Positions 60,299 through 64,000 of a stretch of DNA of 64,000 bases are shown in pieces. The stretch's first letter is position 1. Each line of letters begins with the position of its first letter. Location: assembly GCA_027858345.1 (NCBI GenBank), contig JAQICX010000182.1:273-64272 (forward strand), read 5' to 3'. Under the pieces are notes generated by a model. The model searched no databases. It was not told the DNA's origin and worked only from the letters and a program-made list of their open reading frames with translations. A program made the translations under genes and the position numbers. The stretch comes from Kiritimatiellia bacterium (GTDB lineage: Bacteria > Verrucomicrobiota > Kiritimatiellia > JAQICX01).

Positions 60299-60745
60299 AT
60301 GGAATTAAATGTTACAGAAATTATGGAAAACATTCCACACCGTTACCCATTTTTATTGGTTGACAAGATCACAGAGTTGGATGTAGAGGGACTTAAAATA
60401 GTTGGAATTAAGAATATTACAATGAATGAAGAATTTTTTCAGGGACATTTTCCTGGATACCCAGTGATGCCAGGAGTTTTACAGATTGAAGCAATGGCTC
60501 AGACAGGTGGAGTTCTTCTTCGCAAAGCAATGGCGAGTGACAAGAAAATCCTACCGTTTTTCATGTCTCTTGACAATGTTCGTTTTCGTAGTCAGGTTCA
60601 ACCAGGAGATCAACTTGTTATGACTGTTGAAATCACAAAACTAAAGTCTAAGTTAGCAAAATTTAAGGGTGTTGCAACAGTCAACGGGAAAGTTGCAACG
60701 GAAGCTGAATTCATGTGCATGATCACTGAACCTAAAGAGGACTAA
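60299..60745 (+). CDS. fabZ: 3-hydroxyacyl-ACP dehydratase
   Basis: 148 aa; …HRYPFLLVDKI…, …FFQGHFPGYPVMPGVLQIEAMAQ…. Confidence 0.9.
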   Translation: MELNVTEIMENIPHRYPFLLVDKITELDVEGLKIVGIKNITMNEEFFQGHFPGYPVMPGVLQIEAMAQTGGVLLRKAMASDKKILPFFMSLDNVRFRSQVQPGDQLVMTVEITKLKSKLAKFKGVATVNGKVATEAEFMCMITEPKED

Positions 60746-60750
60746 TATTT

Positions 60751-61527
60751 ATGACAAATATTCATCCAACAGCCATAGTAGAAGATACTACAAAAATTGG
60801 AGAAGGTACAACTATCGGACCATATGCAGTTATTGGACCAGAAGTTGAACTTGGGAAAAATTGTAAAATTCATAGCCAATGCAGCATTGTTGGTAAGACA
60901 AAGCTTGGAGACGGTTGCGAAGTTTTTCCATTTGCAAGTGTTGGTGAGAAATCACAAGATTTGAAATATAAAGAAGGCAACAAGACATATGTCGAAATTG
61001 GCAACAACACTGTTATCAGGGAGAGTGCGACAATTCACTCCGGCACAGCTGATGGTGAAGTTACAAAAATTGGTTCCAACTGTCTGTTAATGGCTTACAC
61101 TCATGTTGCACATGGATGTGTTGTGGGTAACCGTGTAATAATGTCTAACAACGCAGCTCTTGCAGGAGAAGCAACGGTTGATGATGGTGCTATTCTTGGT
61201 GGGTTCGCCGCTGTAAAGCAATTTGGTCGCATTGGTAAAATGGCTTTTGTAACAGGTATGTCTGCTATTAATCAGGACATTGCACCTTTTATGATTGGCT
61301 CAGGTAATTTTGCAAGAACTATTGGTGTTAATTCCGTTGGACTTCAAAGAGCTGGATTTGACACAGCCAAAAGATTACTTATCAAAAAGGTGTATAAAAT
61401 CATCTTCAGAGAAGAATTATCAACAAGTCAAGCCTTAGAGAAGATAAAGGCTGAGATTGAGATAACTGATGAGGTTAAAACTATTATTGATTTTATCGAG
61501 GCATCTAAATTTGGAATTGCCAAATAA
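60751..61527 (+). CDS. lpxA: Acyl-ACP--UDP-N-acetylglucosamine O-acyltransferase
   Basis: 258 aa; left-handed beta-helix hexapeptide repeats, MTNIHPTAIVEDTTKIGEGTTIGPYAVIG…. Confidence 0.85.
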   Translation: MTNIHPTAIVEDTTKIGEGTTIGPYAVIGPEVELGKNCKIHSQCSIVGKTKLGDGCEVFPFASVGEKSQDLKYKEGNKTYVEIGNNTVIRESATIHSGTADGEVTKIGSNCLLMAYTHVAHGCVVGNRVIMSNNAALAGEATVDDGAILGGFAAVKQFGRIGKMAFVTGMSAINQDIAPFMIGSGNFARTIGVNSVGLQRAGFDTAKRLLIKKVYKIIFREELSTSQALEKIKAEIEITDEVKTIIDFIEASKFGIAK

Positions 61528-61548
61528 TGAGCTTCTTCAAACAAAAAC

Positions 61549-61575
61549 GCTAAACTCAGGTTTAGCTTTTTTTTT
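61549..61575 (+). terminator. Rho-independent terminator after lpxA
   Basis: GCTAAAC-tcag-GTTTAGC followed by T9. Confidence 0.85.
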
Positions 61576-61620
61576 GAGTTTAACTTTGTTTTTTTTGTTA
61601 AATGACTATATTTTTTTAGC

Positions 61621-61924
61621 CATCCTCCTTCGCAGACTCTGACTCCGGAGGACAGTCCACACGGGTTAACACAGATTTCATTTGTATAACCCCTTTATAA
61701 ACAGCACTTTACGTTTTTTCGGGATTTAACAACGCAATACAACTACATGACATACTTTCTTAGATATCATCTTCTGGGTGATATTGTTATAAAATAATTT
61801 TATGCAGGCTTAAAGTATTAAACAATTTGCTTGTGGATTTAATTATCAACATATTACATGAATATATTTACCCGTGAAAATCTGTCGGGTCTGTCCACCG
61901 GAGTCAGAGTCTGCGAAGAGGATG
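61621..61924. repeat. ~305-bp element bounded by 34-35-bp imperfect inverted repeats (CATCCTCCTTCGCAGACTCTGACTCCGGAGGACAG / CTGTCCACCGGAGTCAGAGTCTGCGAAGAGGATG); candidate invertible switch or MITE
   Basis: IR arms 61621-61655 and 61891-61924 (1 mismatch + 1 indel); 235-bp AT-rich non-coding core; lies between lpxA terminator and the 62094 gene. Confidence 0.6.
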
Positions 61925-62093
61925 ACGAAGAGAAAAAGGAACCTGCAACCGAAAAATTAAGGTAGTTTAGGTTTTGTGCAAGATTTTTCTTTTATTCTCG
62001 TTGATATTATATTACTATCTGCCCTTGTGTTATCATGTTAACAACATATTTAAAAGCTCTGAAACCTATTTGAGGAAAGCATTAACATAACAG

Positions 62094-63151
62094 ATGAAAA
62101 GATGTTTTATAATTTTCGCATTTCTATTTATTTTAGTTCCATATACCTACTGTAGTTTCTTTGAGTCTATAAAAAAGAGTATTGCAGAGAATACAGAAGC
62201 ACAAAAAAGATTGAACTTAAAAACATCAAAGCGGGGAAAAAGGGAAGCAAACCTGTTAATTCTTCCTATGCAACAAATTGGCTTGACAATTTTCATGACA
62301 GTCTATTCCTGACCATTCAGGGACAAATTACCAGAGCAGACACAATGTTTGTGCAGGATAAAGGTTCGGTTACTACACCACATTCTAGATTTGAACTTTC
62401 ACTGTATACCGAACTTGAACAAGGGAAGGGTAGTGCTAGCTTCGCTATTGACCCAAAATTTGACATTGATTTAGCTGTTCCAAATTTAGAAAGAACGCTT
62501 AAAATTTATGTTAATAACACACCTGTGGGTTCTCTGCCAGGTATTGACCCTGTTGATGAAGACAGAACTTTACATCTCGGTGTTAAATCTACTTTGGAAA
62601 AACCAGAGAGTTGGTTGCCAAAGTTTAGTACCAGCATTGGTGTTGATTGGAACTGGCCACCTGATCCATATGTTGAGCTTAATATCAGCAAATATCTGAA
62701 CTTCGGAAACCTTAGGCTTTATCCAAAGCAGTCATTTTGGTTAAACACAACAGATAGACTAAGTGAACAATCAACATTAAGAACGGAATATTGGCTTTCA
62801 AAGAATATGTTGACAACCCTATGGAGTTCCATAAAATACACACAAGACGATGGCTATTTCAATTGGGAACAATCACAATCTGTCATATATCGTTTAAACG
62901 ACTATGGTTTGGATATGGATACACATAAAATGCATTTTTGCAATTTAAAGTTTTCAATATTTGGGGACAATACGGTCGTTAAAACATATCGTTTGACAAT
63001 GCAGTATAAGTTTCCTATTTACAAAGACTGGATATTTCTGGAACTATCTCCTGAACTAAAATTTGAAAAAGAGACAGACTGGGAAACTATCAGAGTCTTT
63101 AGAGTTGGAATAAGTGCCTTGTTTTGGGGTCTTTACAATATGCCAAAGTAA
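62094..63151 (+). pseudogene. Beta-barrel-like outer-membrane protein gene split by a frameshift (signal peptide in frame 0, 62094-62312; mature domain in frame -1 through 63151); pseudogene, sequencing error or slippage-mediated phase variation
   Basis: Frame 0: MKRCFIIFAFLFILVPYTYCSFFESIKK…; frame -1 is open from 62165 and reads …ATNWLDNFHDSLFLTIQGQITRADTMFVQDKGS… to …FWGLYNMPK; overlap zone contains A6 (62171-62176), A6 (62203-62208) and G4A5G3 (62234-62245) tracts. Confidence 0.55.
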
Positions 63152-63173
63152 ATAACAAAAAAGGACAAATAAC

Positions 63174-64000
63174 ATGTCAGATGAACTGCTTCTTATGCAA
63201 ATAGCATATATTGCCGGTTTTCTACTGCTGTCAGCATTAGCATATATATACCTCAAGAAAATTAAGATTCCATACACTATTGGTCTTGTAGTTATAGGCA
63301 TCATTCTTGGATATGTTGCAAAGCATACCAATTATGTGAACGATATAAAAGGTCTACATCTTACACCAGGCATTATTCTTTACCTAATTGTTCCAGCACT
63401 AATTTTTGATGCTGCTCTTGATATGAAAATCAATCGTTTTATGTCGCGAGTTATCCCAATTTTAATTCTTGCCATACCAGGATTGATTATTGGAACTTTA
63501 CTCACAGGTTATATCGTTGGAAGCTTCACCCCTTTAAGTTTGGCAACAGGCATGATTTTTGGTGCACTTATATCGGCAACCGACCCCGTTGCTGTAGTTG
63601 CAATTTTTAAGGAGCAGAATGCCCCCGAAGACTTGGCGATTCTTGTTGATGGTGAAAGTTTGCTGAACGACGGAACATCAATGGTTATGTTCAGTGTTGT
63701 TTTAACCGCTGTTCTTGCTGCAAAAGCCTTCACTGTTGGAACATTATGCAGTGCAACATTGCAATTTGCATACATCTTCTTTGGTGGAATTGCTACAGGT
63801 GTTATAACAACATTTTTACTTTATCTTATAACCTTTCAAGGCAGAAAGAATCCTACAGTTCAAATTGTAACATCCCTATTGATTGCTTATATATCCTTTA
63901 TTGTTGCCGATAAAATTGGGGTCTCTGGAGTTATGTCAACAGTTGCTGCAGCTGTAGCATATAGATACATATACACTGGTAAAAAAGATGAAGACATTCA
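63174..64000 (+). CDS. Na+/H+ antiporter, CPA1 (NhaP-type), N-terminal part; continues beyond window
   Basis: Manual translation MSDELLLMQIAYIAGFLLLSALAYIYL… with …ATDPVAVVAIFKE… and …ESLLNDGTSMVMF… CPA1 motifs; not in ORF track because it runs off the window end. Confidence 0.75.
   Translation, partial: MSDELLLMQIAYIAGFLLLSALAYIYLKKIKIPYTIGLVVIGIILGYVAKHTNYVNDIKGLHLTPGIILYLIVPALIFDAALDMKINRFMSRVIPILILAIPGLIIGTLLTGYIVGSFTPLSLATGMIFGALISATDPVAVVAIFKEQNAPEDLAILVDGESLLNDGTSMVMFSVVLTAVLAAKAFTVGTLCSATLQFAYIFFGGIATGVITTFLLYLITFQGRKNPTVQIVTSLLIAYISFIVADKIGVSGVMSTVAAAVAYRYIYTGKKDEDI

Overview
This 64 kb window is a chromosomal segment from a low-GC (about 38-40%) bacterium, mostly housekeeping genes, read from sequence alone. 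The gene content and one syntenic cluster suggest the PVC superphylum (Verrucomicrobia/Lentisphaerae-like), but this assignment is tentative.

Genes recognised:
- Glycosyltransferase operon: GT4-membrane fusion, GT2 and a STAS-like protein.
- Stand-alone 5'-3' exonuclease.
- Five-gene secretin / PilM-PilN cluster (4755-12056) whose order and protein sizes match the Akkermansia Amuc_1098-1102 pili-like locus.
- RRM RNA-binding protein with an N-terminal TM helix.
- rpoD with a long Lys/Ala-rich N-terminal tail.
- PpiD-like chaperone, esterase, sppA, trxB, purM.
- tetR-MFP-RND-OMF efflux operon in which the RND and outer-membrane-factor genes are fused in frame across an A6 tract.
- Class II (B12-dependent) ribonucleotide reductase nrdJ and a hybrid sensor histidine kinase.
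- argJ-argB-argD operon.
- Ferredoxin, panD, thiamine pyrophosphokinase, PaaI thioesterase.
- An AT-rich DUF2442/DUF2442/DUF4160 cassette bounded by direct repeats.
- Sulfatase, an OmpW-like barrel, a lone trpA, an SNF transporter, uppP and tRNA-Asp(GUC).
- A TPR lipoprotein, cvpA, dnaG, asd, pyrF, fabZ, lpxA.
- A frameshifted beta-barrel-like gene that sits downstream of a 34-bp inverted-repeat-flanked segment.
- A partial NhaP-type antiporter.

Intergenic DNA is unusually rich in GC-rich stacked-hairpin repeat families (REP/BIME-like), several with compensatory stem changes. Two near-identical ~200-bp structured elements at 41.3 kb and 59.2 kb carry a conserved promoter-like TGATAAAT and may be an sRNA gene family or MITE.

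No CRISPR, recombinase or transposase gene was seen.
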